This document shows positions 39,228 through 48,994 of a DNA stretch of 64,000 nt, one piece after another. Source of the DNA: a virus (taxonomy: Duplodnaviria > Caudoviricetes); the IMG/VR virus record IMGVR_UViG_3300015360_000023, positions 138,610 to 202,609 of that record; one strand, written 5' to 3'. Both the position numbers and the translations under genes were made by a program. Below the pieces are notes generated by a model. It searched no databases. It was not told where the DNA came from and saw only the letters and a program-made list of their open reading frames with translations. Position 1 is the first letter of the stretch, and each line of letters opens with the position of its first letter.

Positions 39228-39806
39228 ATGAAGCAATTTACCGTCAAAGACTTCATTACATACAACAGCCCTTGTTTTAGTTGTGATGAAAAAATCTCTT
39301 TCAGTATAGTTTCGACGACCCTACAAGGTCCGGCAGATATTGTTCATCTCCGACCAACAGTTAATCCAGATCATATCTCGGTAGATCTAAAGATTACTTA
39401 TAACCAAACATTATCTTTAAAGATTCAAAATAAAACTAATGCAATCTTCTATAATGATAATAAAGGTGTAGCTGACTATATTTATAGTCACAGGTTATTT
39501 CTAACCAGTAGCTGTAATAAGTGTCTTACTAAAATTGAAAGCCAGTTCTTAGAGTTTAACTTATCAAATGGCTATATTAAACCTGTAGGTATTGCTAGGG
39601 AGTCTCTCATTGTATCAGATGCTACACATAGATATCACGTGTATTCTACGACCATTAGCGATAAGAGTGTAATTACTATGGATAGGATTGATAAGCCAAT
39701 TCCTATCTCTCCAGTCCGCATTGAAACACCACTGCTCCCCTTATATAGGTTTAAGGATCGCCAGCATTTTATTAACAAGATGAAGACATTTTTGATATTC
39801 TCATGA
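39228..39806 (+). CDS. CxxC/FS-tail array protein 5 (large type)
   Basis: YNSPCFSC…CNKC; ends NKMKTFLIFS; start MKQF at 39228. Confidence 0.8.
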   Translation: MKQFTVKDFITYNSPCFSCDEKISFSIVSTTLQGPADIVHLRPTVNPDHISVDLKITYNQTLSLKIQNKTNAIFYNDNKGVADYIYSHRLFLTSSCNKCLTKIESQFLEFNLSNGYIKPVGIARESLIVSDATHRYHVYSTTISDKSVITMDRIDKPIPISPVRIETPLLPLYRFKDRQHFINKMKTFLIFS

Positions 39807-40480
39807 ATTTATTAGACATTTTATCCTATCGAACCCGCTGTATGATATGTGACCGCAAGCTGGAGATGAAGTCTTTGGATTTGGCCGGCGTCAACATAAC
39901 AAGAACTCAAGAAGGCCTTTATGTTGAGGTAGGAAGTAAAGATAAAGATTATGCTGTCTATTTCAAGTATGATGGCTCTTATGAGAGAATGAAGAAGTGG
40001 AATAGTATGTATGTTAGGCCACTATCTATCCTCAAAGAATGTCCTAAATGTATTCCCAAGGTTGACTTGGTGGAAGATGTAGTTTTAACTGGCATCCCCA
40101 AGGCGCCCTCAACCATTATCCTCAAGGCTAGGAGCGTGGGCATGACAACAATGCATGGGGTCATGTCCCAGTTCTTAGTGGATACCACCTTAAAGTCTCT
40201 GAAGGATAAGCGATGCGCTTATACCTTTGACCTGTTTGGGGACGCTGAGGGTAACTTTGACTGCCAGCTAAACTGGGAGGACATTAGTTTCCACACTAAG
40301 AGAGAGTTCCATCAAATCAAGACGAACTTCAAAGAAGACACTACTAGTATCAAGAGCGGCGCTTTTAACGGCACCCTTGATGACATCATTAGAATGAATG
40401 TTCCGGCCGTTAAAACCAACACCATTCCTACTACAGATAAATTGATTGAAAAAATTAAGTTGTATAACTTATTCTCATGA
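39803..40480 (+). CDS. CxxC/FS-tail array protein 6 (large type)
   Basis: YRTRCMIC…CPKC; ends EKIKLYNLFS. Confidence 0.8.
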   Translation: MNLLDILSYRTRCMICDRKLEMKSLDLAGVNITRTQEGLYVEVGSKDKDYAVYFKYDGSYERMKKWNSMYVRPLSILKECPKCIPKVDLVEDVVLTGIPKAPSTIILKARSVGMTTMHGVMSQFLVDTTLKSLKDKRCAYTFDLFGDAEGNFDCQLNWEDISFHTKREFHQIKTNFKEDTTSIKSGAFNGTLDDIIRMNVPAVKTNTIPTTDKLIEKIKLYNLFS

Positions 40481-40912
40481 GAATATCTTCAAATTATCTA
40501 ATCTTTTCAAATACATAATGATGTCAGTTAGATTTTTCATTCTGATTTTATAATTTGGATTGAGGTTAACCCAATATTGATTTTTGAATAACTTACTATC
40601 TAGTTTAATATTGCGTAAGACTTTATTTTTGCCGGTGCTAGTAACTTCATAAATGGCAACACGGAAGCCGCCATACTCTCTTAGTAGTTGACGGTCTCTA
40701 TAAGCAGAGAGGGAGGGGAACAAGATTCGTACCTTGTACATTCCTATCTTAATTTGGTTCTCCACAAATGTATAGCTCTCAGAGTCAGGAAGTTTAGTTA
40801 CTTCTTGAACCTTAGCCTCACGGAGAGCCCGCTTAATCATGTTCTTAGATACTTTGCCTTTGCTGAAATCTAAGATCGTCCTAAATTCCTGCTTACCTTT
40901 AATCAAACTCAT
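40475..40912 (-). CDS. Antisense tail-motif protein without CxxC
   Basis: Ends LTDIIMYLKRLDNLKIFS; its TTCTCATGA end is shared palindromically with protein 6. Confidence 0.75.
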   Translation of the reverse strand: MSLIKGKQEFRTILDFSKGKVSKNMIKRALREAKVQEVTKLPDSESYTFVENQIKIGMYKVRILFPSLSAYRDRQLLREYGGFRVAIYEVTSTGKNKVLRNIKLDSKLFKNQYWVNLNPNYKIRMKNLTDIIMYLKRLDNLKIFS

Positions 40913-41181
40913 CTTTGTAATTCATTCCCTCCGAAGACCATGAAGTTATCAGTTATAACTAGCATTGCGCTCTCGGATATCTCATCATCGTGTAGCATTC
41001 CATAGATAGCTCCACCTACACATAATGCTACGTTATCTACTCTTTCACCATATCTAAAGTAAGTTCCGAAGGCTAACTTGCCCTCTTGTAAAAGCTCAAG
41101 ATGGTAGCCGATGTCAGATTTAAGAATTCTCAGAGAGTTGCGCCCGTCGAGGGCGTGTGTTACAATGATTATTGCGTTCAT
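40909..41181 (-). CDS. Hypothetical protein
   Basis: ATGA-coupled to 40475..40912. Confidence 0.6.
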   Translation of the reverse strand: MNAIIIVTHALDGRNSLRILKSDIGYHLELLQEGKLAFGTYFRYGERVDNVALCVGGAIYGMLHDDEISESAMLVITDNFMVFGGNELQR

Positions 41182-41195
41182 AATAGGTATATAAC

Positions 41196-41516
41196 ATGGA
41201 TCGTTTCTGTCCCATCTGTAATAAAAAACTCACCGTGCAGCTCATGATTCAGTACAACGATTATTTTTGTAACGCCGCTAAGGACCATCATTTTAGTGAG
41301 CGCGTGGTTGGTGAGGAGCGTAAGATGGTGAAGTTCCGTGTTAGCTCTGGTAAGCAACGTTTGTACTGTAAGTTTGATTATGGCAACGGCTACTCCGAGA
41401 TTTGGGAAGGCGCGGAGAATGCAAATAGGGTAAGAGTGGAGCAGGTTTTTGAGCCTAATTACTCTAGTGTAGAAGGACTGGTCTCTAAACTTCGAACCTA
41501 TCTGGTCTTCTCATGA
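41196..41516 (+). CDS. CxxC/FS-tail array protein 7
   Basis: CPIC; ends SKLRTYLVFS. Confidence 0.82.
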   Translation: MDRFCPICNKKLTVQLMIQYNDYFCNAAKDHHFSERVVGEERKMVKFRVSSGKQRLYCKFDYGNGYSEIWEGAENANRVRVEQVFEPNYSSVEGLVSKLRTYLVFS

Positions 41517-41851
41517 AGATGCCTTATCACTGTCCATTCTGTAAGGGACCAATGGTAAACTCTTACTACTATTGGAATGATGGTAGTAAGAATCTAATAA
41601 AGTCTTGTAATAAGAATATTACACATAGCGTTACGTTTACATCTCTAATACGTGATCACGATGAAGTTAATAAGATTACCATTCCATGGGGGCCTGACTG
41701 CTCATTCAGGTGGGCATTACATGCTGAAGAGAAATATAAATTAATCCTTCAACATAAGAAGGGCGAAACCAAGTTACCATTTTTTGAACCAGATCTATCT
41801 AATTATAGGAAGCTTGTCAATAAACTTAAAACCTATTTGGTCTTTTTATGA
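41513..41851 (+). CDS. CxxC/FS-tail array protein 8
   Basis: CPFC; ends NKLKTYLVFL. Confidence 0.82.
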   Translation: MKMPYHCPFCKGPMVNSYYYWNDGSKNLIKSCNKNITHSVTFTSLIRDHDEVNKITIPWGPDCSFRWALHAEEKYKLILQHKKGETKLPFFEPDLSNYRKLVNKLKTYLVFL

Positions 41852-42243
41852 CGTGTATGTTCTGTTTAGCTCCACTTACCAGGGTTGCTTCTCCAGCCGG
41901 TGATGATTTACACAAGATAATGGTTTGTCGCGGCTGCCAAGAACCTAACTTCAAAACGTATTGTCGAGAGCTTTACTTAACTAAAACCGAAATCAAATTA
42001 TATGATTCTATTCAAATAGATGAATTCATCATCACACGCCTTTATAGGTCATCCAGAACTGGGCAACCAATAGAGCAAACTAAATTCTATAAAGATTCTA
42101 TAGGTCAGATAGATTCACAAGTCGACGCTACCCCTCTAACTTACTATCTACCTATTTGTGAGCTTGATTATCATATCAAGCTGCCCCTCAATGACCTTGG
42201 CGCCTTCAAGCGCAAACTTAAACTTTGGACCATCTTCAGTTAA
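41848..42243 (+). CDS. CxxC/FS-tail array protein 9
   Basis: CMFC…CRGC; ends RKLKLWTIFS (Ser encoded by AGT). Confidence 0.82.
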   Translation: MTCMFCLAPLTRVASPAGDDLHKIMVCRGCQEPNFKTYCRELYLTKTEIKLYDSIQIDEFIITRLYRSSRTGQPIEQTKFYKDSIGQIDSQVDATPLTYYLPICELDYHIKLPLNDLGAFKRKLKLWTIFS

Positions 42244-42275
42244 CGTAGTAATTTGTAGGGGTTATATACCCCTAT

Positions 42276-42641
42276 ATGGATGATACGCCTACATGTCCAA
42301 TTTGCGGAAATAAAATGCGCACGGTTAATCTTGATAACAAGTTACTTCATATTATCAAAAAGCAAGCTAATTATGTAGAAAGAACCTGTGTTAATGGAAT
42401 GAATCATAGCTTGCGGCTTTTTGCTGATAAAGCTACTGGTCAGGTAGACTTTATCAACCTATCTTTGAATCCTAAGTATTCTAAATACCTAGAGATAGAT
42501 TTTATTAACTCAAAATGTCGAATTAATTGCATGAAGGAAGGTAAGCCAGAGTACATTGAAATACCTAAGATGATTATCCCTGATTTCCCTTTACTAGAGA
42601 AACTTAAGGAACGTGTTAACCTCTACGTAGTATTTTCCTAA
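42276..42641 (+). CDS. CxxC/FS-tail array protein 10
   Basis: CPIC; ends PDFP.LEKLKERVNLYVVFS. Confidence 0.82.
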   Translation: MDDTPTCPICGNKMRTVNLDNKLLHIIKKQANYVERTCVNGMNHSLRLFADKATGQVDFINLSLNPKYSKYLEIDFINSKCRINCMKEGKPEYIEIPKMIIPDFPLLEKLKERVNLYVVFS

Positions 42642-42973
42642 TGTACACACAATGCGTTTTATGTAAAGCAGAGCCATTAGAGCATGTTGATAATGGGTGG
42701 TTTTATACTAAGCTTTGTGTAGTTTGTGAAGTAGATGGAATGTCTAAGTTTCAAGCTTCTTATCGAAAGAAGGATGATAAGCTAATCTATATGGTTTGGT
42801 GGATAGAAGATTTCTATATTAAAATAGATTATGTAGAACAAATGACTGAAATATCAAAGATAGATCTCATAATACTTCTAAGTACTTTTCGACTGTCTCA
42901 CACTTTAGAGATTGATCACGAAGATCCCTCAGCCACTGCCCGCCGCCTTCAAGCTCTAATGGCATTTTCATGA
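42641..42973 (+). CDS. CxxC/FS-tail array protein 11
   Basis: CVLC…CVVC; ends RRLQALMAFS; TAATG overlap. Confidence 0.82.
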   Translation: MYTQCVLCKAEPLEHVDNGWFYTKLCVVCEVDGMSKFQASYRKKDDKLIYMVWWIEDFYIKIDYVEQMTEISKIDLIILLSTFRLSHTLEIDHEDPSATARRLQALMAFS

Positions 42974-43356
42974 CCGTTGACTTTATCTTCTGCCCATTAT
43001 GTGGCGCTTCTAAATGGCTAACCGATAAGACAGGATCCTGCTCGACAGGTAAATTAACTAAGTACAATTGCAGCGGCTGCAAAAATTTCAAATATGTAAA
43101 CGTCACCAGATTAGTAAAGCATTCAGTTCTTGTCGGGATTACACAAACGGTTAGATATTCAGTTGAAGCAGTTATCAAGCCTTATAGTGTTACTGTCTTC
43201 TACTTCTCAGGTATAAATGGCGATGAGCCAGGCTTCACTAACATTAGGTCTGACACCGGAGAATTGCTGGTATCTATTAAGTCAATAATTACTTTCAATT
43301 GGTATAAAGACGAGTTACTGCTAGACAAGATTAAAAAGTATATATTATTTTCATGA
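42970..43356 (+). CDS. CxxC/FS-tail array protein 12
   Basis: CPLC…CSGC; ends DKIKKYILFS. Confidence 0.82.
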   Translation: MTVDFIFCPLCGASKWLTDKTGSCSTGKLTKYNCSGCKNFKYVNVTRLVKHSVLVGITQTVRYSVEAVIKPYSVTVFYFSGINGDEPGFTNIRSDTGELLVSIKSIITFNWYKDELLLDKIKKYILFS

Positions 43357-43745
43357 TTTGGGATAAAAAAATCTGTCCAATATGCGATAGTCCATTAAAA
43401 GTAGTTAATGGGTTTGATGAAGAAGACCTTTATCTAATGATGTGCCCAACATCAATAGCAAAAGACATACCAGTGGCCCATTCTACAAATTTAGCGAGTC
43501 ATCAAATGACCTATTCTCATTTTGAATTAGAATTTCAAAATCACCAGCCTTCCTATCAAACAGTTAGAGTATACCCATATTGTGTTAAATCATATGTTGA
43601 TGTAAGTAACATTTATATGTATAGAATGATATCCGAACTTAAAATGTACGCTGAGTTCGTTGTCGAAACACCATTCATAGATCTTCCTTGGAAAGACAAA
43701 GAGAAGATTATTGCTAAACTTTCTACCTATACGTTGTTCTCATGA
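43353..43745 (+). CDS. CxxC/FS-tail array protein 13
   Basis: CPIC…CP…H; ends AKLSTYTLFS. Confidence 0.82.
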   Translation: MIWDKKICPICDSPLKVVNGFDEEDLYLMMCPTSIAKDIPVAHSTNLASHQMTYSHFELEFQNHQPSYQTVRVYPYCVKSYVDVSNIYMYRMISELKMYAEFVVETPFIDLPWKDKEKIIAKLSTYTLFS

Positions 43746-44140
43746 ACTGCCCTATCTGTAATAAAACTATGCTGGAAACTGAAACCGCAGGCATGATGAC
43801 CTGCGAACGAACTACTATAAAAGTTCCAGCCATAGATATGGAAGTTGAAAGCGTTCATGCTATCTACTTCTTAAATAAAGAAGGCCAAGCAATCATCAAG
43901 ACTATTGAGGCGCTTCCTTATATCTTCCAGATTCATGATGATCCTAAGTCCATTCGTCAGACTAGAATTTCCAAACTAATTAAAGGATACAAATACGGGG
44001 ATAACGTATCAATGATTACTTTTGGAGAACAAAGAATTAATTGTGAACAGCTTATAGTTGTTCCGTCCGTAGTTAATATACAGTGGGATAATCCTGAAGC
44101 AGTCAAAGAGCGCGTCCAAATGTATATGTTGTTCTCATGA
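43742..44140 (+). CDS. CxxC/FS-tail array protein 14
   Basis: CPIC…C…H; ends ERVQMYMLFS. Confidence 0.82.
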   Translation: MNCPICNKTMLETETAGMMTCERTTIKVPAIDMEVESVHAIYFLNKEGQAIIKTIEALPYIFQIHDDPKSIRQTRISKLIKGYKYGDNVSMITFGEQRINCEQLIVVPSVVNIQWDNPEAVKERVQMYMLFS

Positions 44141-44505
44141 TCTTCTCTACTGATATTTGCCCTATCTGTAAAAGTAAACTAGAGCTACAAATTGTAGAGG
44201 GCAATTATACTGTTCAGATTAATTACTATTGTAATAACAATGAGGTAGTTAGAAATGAATCAGATACCTTTGCAATATCTAAATCACATTACCTGAACAA
44301 ATGCTATCAGAATGGTAAAATGTGTTTTATGATTCTGCCACCATTTGAATTGTTGCACCATGAAAAGAGTAATAGAACGTTGGTTAAAAGTGTCAGCGCC
44401 CATCAGCCAGAGAAACTAATTTTAGATATTCCCTTACTTGACGCGGACTACGGCAATCCCTATGCTGTGCTCAACCGTTTAAAACTCCTGGTGACCTTTT
44501 CATGA
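44137..44505 (+). CDS. CxxC/FS-tail array protein 15
   Basis: CPIC…C…HY; ends NRLKLLVTFS. Confidence 0.82.
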   Translation: MIFSTDICPICKSKLELQIVEGNYTVQINYYCNNNEVVRNESDTFAISKSHYLNKCYQNGKMCFMILPPFELLHHEKSNRTLVKSVSAHQPEKLILDIPLLDADYGNPYAVLNRLKLLVTFS

Positions 44506-44846
44506 ACAAGTTCGAGACCAATCAGTGCCCCTTGTGTGGTGAAGTTTTGAAGCTCCGCAGAGTTTGCGGCGTCAATGTCTTCTCTTGCCCAACCGTAACC
44601 CTCAGTAACCACACTCATTATGAGGTGGAAGTGGATGGTCAAACAAGCATCCAACATATGTATGTTGGCTCTTGGAGCATCGATAACTTCGCCAACTCTT
44701 CTAGATCTCGTATCTATAAACAAACTCCTCATCCCAGTGGAACAGGGATTCGATGGAAGTTGATGACGGAAGTGTCACACATCCGTCCCGACCTTGAAGC
44801 TTCAATGTCAGAGCGCCTGGAAAAACTTATGATGACCTATGAGTGA
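44502..44846 (+). CDS. CxxC array protein 16 with a variant tail
   Basis: CPLC…CP…HY; ends ERLEKLMMTYE. Confidence 0.78.
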   Translation: MNKFETNQCPLCGEVLKLRRVCGVNVFSCPTVTLSNHTHYEVEVDGQTSIQHMYVGSWSIDNFANSSRSRIYKQTPHPSGTGIRWKLMTEVSHIRPDLEASMSERLEKLMMTYE

Positions 44847-45225
44847 TAACGATAACTTCCAGAAGCATCACCTACCTAAACCCTGCCAGTTCTGCCCGAA
44901 CATGGCGGGTTATCATCCATTGGAAGCAATGGAAAGACATAATGTTAGCGTTTACTTCTGTCATCCTTGCCAGGCCGAATACTTGTTTTTCCGAGATGGG
45001 AGTAGAGCTTCCGTGTCGTTATATACAACCATCAAAGACAAAATGTATCGCTGGACTGTAACCTCCGTTGGTTCGGCTCAGCTATGGCATGTTAAAGAAC
45101 CAGGAGTTCCTGGTGTAAAAGTAAATGAAGGAATGTTTACTGTTAAAAGTTTTAGTGGAAACATACCTCAATTGACTCCAGATAATATCAATGAGAAGGT
45201 AAGAACGTGGCTGCTTTTTCTTTAA
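44839..45225 (+). CDS. CxxC/FS-tail array protein 17
   Basis: CQFC…CHPC; ends EKVRTWLLFL. Confidence 0.8.
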   Translation: MSDNDNFQKHHLPKPCQFCPNMAGYHPLEAMERHNVSVYFCHPCQAEYLFFRDGSRASVSLYTTIKDKMYRWTVTSVGSAQLWHVKEPGVPGVKVNEGMFTVKSFSGNIPQLTPDNINEKVRTWLLFL

Positions 45226-45626
45226 AGTGCCATTTATGCGGTACCTATTTAAGTGAGTCGTCCCCAATATGGAATGTTGGAGGCAGAAGACGTGTAGCTT
45301 TTCGATGCCTGGACCAAAAATGTGGCCTCATTAAGGTAGTGAATCGTTCAGTTATCGAAATCATTTTACCAGATGAAGACATAGTATCTTATCAATTACT
45401 TATCTCATCTGGTGAGAAATGGTATCGTATCTGGGGTAGAGTTAATTCTGAGGAGCCAAATGATACATCTATCTCTAATATGGATGTAGGTAGGCCAAAT
45501 GCTACTGGAAAAGAACAGTTTATTATTAATGTTCCTCGTTTTTACCCTCTACACTTAGAAGAAGATCTCTATACTCAAGCACAAGAAATGCTGAAGAAAC
45601 TTAAAAATCTTGTAATATTCTCATGA
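45207..45626 (+). CDS. CxxC/FS-tail array protein 18
   Basis: GTG start; CHLC…CLDQKC; ends KKLKNLVIFS. Confidence 0.78.
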   Translation: MAAFSLKCHLCGTYLSESSPIWNVGGRRRVAFRCLDQKCGLIKVVNRSVIEIILPDEDIVSYQLLISSGEKWYRIWGRVNSEEPNDTSISNMDVGRPNATGKEQFIINVPRFYPLHLEEDLYTQAQEMLKKLKNLVIFS

Positions 45627-46000
45627 ATTGTCCTTTGTGTAATAGAAAGATTGCAGTAGAAATAGATAGCTATGAGCACGCGCCTTCATTCTATTGTAGC
45701 TCTATGATTACGCCAGATCCCCCTGGCAACAATACAATCAGCCATTACGGCAAGAGTTATTTATTTCACGGCGGATATGAAGAGGAGGCCATCGTCCTAC
45801 CTTACAAGATAGTAAACTACTTCGTTAATACTGATTACAAAAAACCCAGAAGCGAAATACATAAGTACCAACTTAAGGATATTCAATATTTTGGTAAGCG
45901 TTGGACCTGGGTAAAGATTATGGATCTTCCATATATTCTTGAGATCCTTCAGTACAAAAAGATGCGAAATAGACTTAAAAACATATTATTGTTCTCATGA
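45623..46000 (+). CDS. CxxC/FS-tail array protein 19
   Basis: CPLC…C…HY; ends NRLKNILLFS. Confidence 0.82.
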   Translation: MNCPLCNRKIAVEIDSYEHAPSFYCSSMITPDPPGNNTISHYGKSYLFHGGYEEEAIVLPYKIVNYFVNTDYKKPRSEIHKYQLKDIQYFGKRWTWVKIMDLPYILEILQYKKMRNRLKNILLFS

Positions 46001-46359
46001 AAAACTGTCCTCTTTGTGATAAATTGTTGGTCAAACAGTCTACCGTAGATGCGTGCGGATATGAGCCAGCTATCTATTGTCCAGAAGAGATAACTCAAAT
46101 AGGTGATAACCGAAAAGCTAATCACTATCGAGAAGACCCCGAGCTGAATACAGTTACCATGTATGTCGGCTCTTTTCGCATTTTAACTAAGGATGGCACT
46201 TCCAAGGTCGGAACTAGAATGCAGTACAAGACCAGACGAGGCCTTAGAACAACCCGAGGCCGCTGGCGATATAAGACTCTAATCGAAGTCCCCATCATCC
46301 ATCCCGATACAGAAGAGAGGCTGTATTCGAGGATTAAACTATTGCTATTACTATCATGA
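45997..46359 (+). CDS. CxxC/FS-tail array protein 20
   Basis: CPLC…CP…HY; ends SRIKLLLLLS. Confidence 0.82.
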   Translation: MKNCPLCDKLLVKQSTVDACGYEPAIYCPEEITQIGDNRKANHYREDPELNTVTMYVGSFRILTKDGTSKVGTRMQYKTRRGLRTTRGRWRYKTLIEVPIIHPDTEERLYSRIKLLLLLS

Positions 46360-46706
46360 CCAATTGTTATTACTGTCAGAAGCCAAGCAGATATACAATG
46401 GATGAGATGACCCGCATCTATTATTGGCAATGCGATTGGCATGGTGCCGTTAGAGTAAGGCAAACCGAAATGCTAACCGATAGTGGAGCCTTCAATGTCT
46501 CCTTAGTTGTCCTATACAAAGACGCGACCTACAGCGCAACTTTCTTTCGCAATTACGATGTCTTAGCCGGTCTTCCTAAGTTCCGCATCGATAAGATTAA
46601 CCGCCGCCCCAAGACCTCAGAGATTATTCTCGTTCTAGATTTTCATCCAGATATTACTCCAGAGAATATCGCAGCTAAACTACCAACCTATATTCTATTT
46701 TCATGA
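46356..46706 (+). CDS. CxxC/FS-tail array protein 21
   Basis: CYYC…CDWH; ends PDITPENIAAKLPTYILFS. Confidence 0.82.
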   Translation: MTNCYYCQKPSRYTMDEMTRIYYWQCDWHGAVRVRQTEMLTDSGAFNVSLVVLYKDATYSATFFRNYDVLAGLPKFRIDKINRRPKTSEIILVLDFHPDITPENIAAKLPTYILFS

Positions 46707-47104
46707 CAAATACTCTTTATATTGAAGAGGCACCAGCCACTATCCCCTGCTGGTATTGCGGTGAGACCTGTTATCCCACTACAGAACCCTTTGCAGATCG
46801 TCATGCCACAGAGTATCGCTGCCTAAGACACGAACCATTAGATGTTATGTTCCGTTGCGTTAAACATGATATCCCGTCTCCCAATGTATTTTTCAATACC
46901 GTTAGAATTACACTAAAAGATATGAGATTGGACCATAACTTCTATGCTGGTCCAAGAGCTTACCTAGAATGGTATAGGCCCGCCAAAGATAGATGCTGGG
47001 GAGGAGAATGGCGCCAAGTCAAAGTCTTTCCAGTTGATGTTATGATCAATACCGATCTTCATCAAGTATATTCATTACTTAATCTCTATAAGGTATGGTC
47101 ATGA
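46703..47104 (+). CDS. CxxC/FS-tail array protein 22
   Basis: CWYC…CLRH; ends SLLNLYKVWS. Confidence 0.8.
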   Translation: MTNTLYIEEAPATIPCWYCGETCYPTTEPFADRHATEYRCLRHEPLDVMFRCVKHDIPSPNVFFNTVRITLKDMRLDHNFYAGPRAYLEWYRPAKDRCWGGEWRQVKVFPVDVMINTDLHQVYSLLNLYKVWS

Positions 47105-47460
47105 GACTCATCTGCCAATCTTGTAAGCACGAACTCATCCAAAATGTTTACTGGAAAAATAACATCAAATATGAAGATAATGTCTGGGAATGTTCCGAAG
47201 GTCACTGCGCCCTTAAAATAGAAGGAAGCAATATAGTTAGCTATACCGTCTTCTTTGAACGTAGCAAGATAATGTACAGGCTATATGCTGATTATAATAA
47301 CGGTATGCAACTAGCCTCCAAAGATACCTCCAGATTTAAAAGAGGCGGTTTCAAAACATCTCTAACCATTCCACAATACATTAATTTAATCATCAAAGAT
47401 GAAATTATACAAGTAGAATACTTAGTAGATAAACTAAGGAAGTTAGTCATCTTTTCATGA
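47101..47460 (+). CDS. CxxC/FS-tail array protein 23
   Basis: ATGA overlap start at 47101; CQSC…CSEGHC; ends DKLRKLVIFS. Confidence 0.8.
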   Translation: MRLICQSCKHELIQNVYWKNNIKYEDNVWECSEGHCALKIEGSNIVSYTVFFERSKIMYRLYADYNNGMQLASKDTSRFKRGGFKTSLTIPQYINLIIKDEIIQVEYLVDKLRKLVIFS

Positions 47461-47496
47461 CGACACAATGTTAAACCGATCCGCGAGCCAACGCGC

Positions 47497-47793
47497 ATGA
47501 ACTGCCATTACTGCCAAAAGGAATGCCGACACATCAATATCTCCAATAATCATTGGAGATGTCTACCTTGCAAAGTGGATTATCGCGGAGTGGAAACCAA
47601 TATCTTCGGCATGATCAACAGCACTTCTTACTACTTCAATATCTATAATGGCCCCAGAGAGTTCCCCGTTAGAATCATGAAAGGATTGCCCAATGACTTT
47701 GCCGTCAACATTGTCGTCAACCTAACAAGTCGCCCGGATATAACCCCTTCCAACGTGGAAGAGAAACTCAGAACCTACCTGCTATTCTCATGA
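47497..47793 (+). CDS. CxxC/FS-tail array protein 24
   Basis: CHYC…CLPC; ends PDITPSNVEEKLRTYLLFS. Confidence 0.82.
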   Translation: MNCHYCQKECRHINISNNHWRCLPCKVDYRGVETNIFGMINSTSYYFNIYNGPREFPVRIMKGLPNDFAVNIVVNLTSRPDITPSNVEEKLRTYLLFS

Positions 47794-48158
47794 GAATCCC
47801 CTGCAAATTTTGCCAACGTCACTATACTCCCAAAGATTACATCGACGTTAAACGCATCAATGGCGGCTGGATTACCTTCAAGAACCAACACGTCAATTGT
47901 CAAACATGTCTGGTTGACTTCTATTATGATTATACTGATAACTCTAAACTAGTTAGAATTAACTATCGAATAAGAAGTAGACCTTACTCAGATGTTAATA
48001 TGGACCTAGCCCTAAATAAGACTTTCCTTATCTTCCATCCCAAACAAAAGACTTTTTCAACCAGCATCATTGCCTTCGATGGTACCTGGCCCGAGACCAA
48101 GCCCAATGATGCTCTCGCCCTAGCCAAACGTCTAACTAACCTATTGATGTTCCTATGA
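47790..48158 (+). CDS. CxxC/FS-tail array protein 25
   Basis: CKFC…CQTC; ends KRLTNLLMFL. Confidence 0.82.
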   Translation: MRIPCKFCQRHYTPKDYIDVKRINGGWITFKNQHVNCQTCLVDFYYDYTDNSKLVRINYRIRSRPYSDVNMDLALNKTFLIFHPKQKTFSTSIIAFDGTWPETKPNDALALAKRLTNLLMFL

Positions 48159-48514
48159 CTTTCTACTGTCACTTCTGCGATAAACGATGCCGACAAACCT
48201 TTCCGGAACTTAAAGAATGGTGGTGCGAACATTGCAGAGTCACCTTCCAAGAAGGCAATGGCTCTTTCGGTTTGGATGGAATCAAATTCTCCCTAGCCAA
48301 TCCAGACTATAGCCATTATTACTTGACCATTAATTTCGCTTCAAGCTTAACCATCTTGTCCTGGCATCGTCCCCCAAGACACCTCAATGAAGACCCTCAA
48401 GCCTATGATGAACTGCCCAAGGAAAAGGTTGTGCTCCGTATCTGGCAAGCTATCCAAGGTGTCAAGCCCAATAATCTCAAAGACAAAATTCAAACTCTAT
48501 TAACCTTCTCATGA
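48155..48514 (+). CDS. CxxC/FS-tail array protein 26
   Basis: CHFC…CEHC; ends DKIQTLLTFS. Confidence 0.82.
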   Translation: MTFYCHFCDKRCRQTFPELKEWWCEHCRVTFQEGNGSFGLDGIKFSLANPDYSHYYLTINFASSLTILSWHRPPRHLNEDPQAYDELPKEKVVLRIWQAIQGVKPNNLKDKIQTLLTFS

Positions 48515-48870
48515 ACCTTAAAGTTGTCCAGTGCTACTCCAAAAACAAAGTCTATTGCTATTATTGTGACGAGGATATGACCCCAGATGATGGTCAACAA
48601 ATCAATGGTTACTTCGATTGCAAACCCTGTCATACCAGATTCATCTGCTCCGGTAACTTCTCCAACCCAGATATTGAATACATTCATTTTACCGTTGATA
48701 GCTATCTAATTGAATTGAATTATGATAGGAATCAAACCTTCCTATTCCATAAGGATGAATCCCCTATGCGTAGACTGCATATGATGGAGTTAGCTTACAT
48801 TGCAGATATTAATCCAACCAACGCTAAGTATTGGCTAACTAAACTATTAAATCTCAAAGCCTTCTCATAA
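48511..48870 (+). CDS. CxxC/FS-tail array protein 27
   Basis: CYYC…CKPC; ends TKLLNLKAFS. Confidence 0.82.
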   Translation: MNLKVVQCYSKNKVYCYYCDEDMTPDDGQQINGYFDCKPCHTRFICSGNFSNPDIEYIHFTVDSYLIELNYDRNQTFLFHKDESPMRRLHMMELAYIADINPTNAKYWLTKLLNLKAFS

Positions 48871-48994
48871 ATGGCCTATAATTTCCTATCATTATGATTG
48901 ATATCAATGATTCTCCTTGATTTACCGAGTGATTATAAACTAACCCCCAAAAATTTCCCTGGAAAACTACAGGTTTTACCCAACTTCCTATAAA

